Shown here in pieces: positions 63,817 to 64,000 of a DNA stretch of 64,000 nt. How positions within the stretch are numbered: the first letter of the stretch is position 1; each line of letters begins with the position of its first letter. Below the pieces are notes generated by a model, which made no database searches, was not told where the DNA came from, and saw nothing but the letters and a program-made list of their open reading frames with translations. Position numbers and translations under genes: made by a program. Source of the DNA: Deltaproteobacteria bacterium. Its GTDB lineage: Bacteria; Myxococcota_A; Polyangia; Polyangiales; Ga0077539. The stretch spans positions 155,057 through 219,056 of the forward strand of contig JAUXYJ010000103.1 of assembly GCA_030694465.1 (NCBI GenBank). The letters are read 5' to 3'.

Positions 63817-64000
63817 GTGAGCGCGCTTGAGTCAAGCCACGACGGGCTGCTCAACGACCTCGGACGAGCCGTGCGCACCCGACGCGAAGCGCAGTCTCTG
63901 ACCCGCAAAGCGCTCGCGCTGCGGGCCAGCGTGAGCGAGCGTTTTTTGGCCGAGCTCGAGGCAGGTCGCGGCAACGTGAGCGTCACGCGATTGCAAGACA
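63817..64000 (+). CDS. XRE-family HTH transcriptional regulator (BoxR/BzdR-like), 5' part only
   Basis: GTG at 63817. LGRAVRTRREAQSLTRKALALRASVSERFLAELEAGRGNVSV is an HTH_XRE motif. It is divergent from boxC and the CDS runs off the window end. Confidence 0.6.
   Translation, partial: MSALESSHDGLLNDLGRAVRTRREAQSLTRKALALRASVSERFLAELEAGRGNVSVTRLQD

Noticed and set aside
1-64000. CRISPR arrays, IS elements, integrases, prophage genes, restriction-modification or other recognisable defence genes
   Set aside because: I saw no direct-repeat/spacer architecture, and no transposase, integrase or phage structural motifs in any frame. The GACGTC-centred palindromes are isolated sites, not arrays.

Overview
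This is a high-GC (about 68–70%) chromosomal segment, almost certainly Myxococcales: two large secreted proteins end in the GCGC…RRRR MYXO-CTERM sorting signal, and there is an MglA-type GTPase. I can support roughly 55 genes and found no CRISPR arrays, transposases or integrases. Many long six-frame ORFs are antisense artefacts of the GC-rich sequence and were not called.

Housekeeping genes:
- ribosome recycling factor (frr)
- pyrR–pyrB
- inorganic pyrophosphatase (ppa)
- penicillin-binding protein 1A (PBP1A)
- L-lactate dehydrogenase (ldh)
- glucokinase (glk)
- TrmL
- YacG
- an FKBP-type isomerase
- two tRNA-Ser genes

Myxobacterial-style cell-surface and signalling genes:
- a Ser/Thr kinase next to a TPR/PEGA protein
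- an S8 subtilase–FG-GAP protein carrying a MYXO-CTERM signal
- a LAS/M15-like metallopeptidase–repeat protein, also MYXO-CTERM
- a thrombospondin type 3 (TSP3)/VWA/Cys-repeat lipoprotein
- an MglA-like GTPase with a long C-terminal extension
- a translationally coupled REC-DUF4388(PATAN-like)/CheW/soluble-MCP/CheA module

Catabolic genes: boxB-boxC (aerobic benzoyl-CoA pathway) with a divergent XRE regulator.

Most unusual loci:
- an nfeD–flotillin operon whose third gene encodes a minimal 2-TM K+-channel-like P-loop protein with a non-canonical filter
- a catalytically degenerate P1B-type ATPase homologue
- a divergently duplicated two-gene secreted cassette bracketing glk
- a 265-aa Flp-type pilin-like protein with an in-frame 9-bp tandem repeat sitting where boxA would be expected
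- a 20-nt GC palindrome (GACCCGGCGACGTCGCCGGA) recurring at gene ends and inside two coding regions
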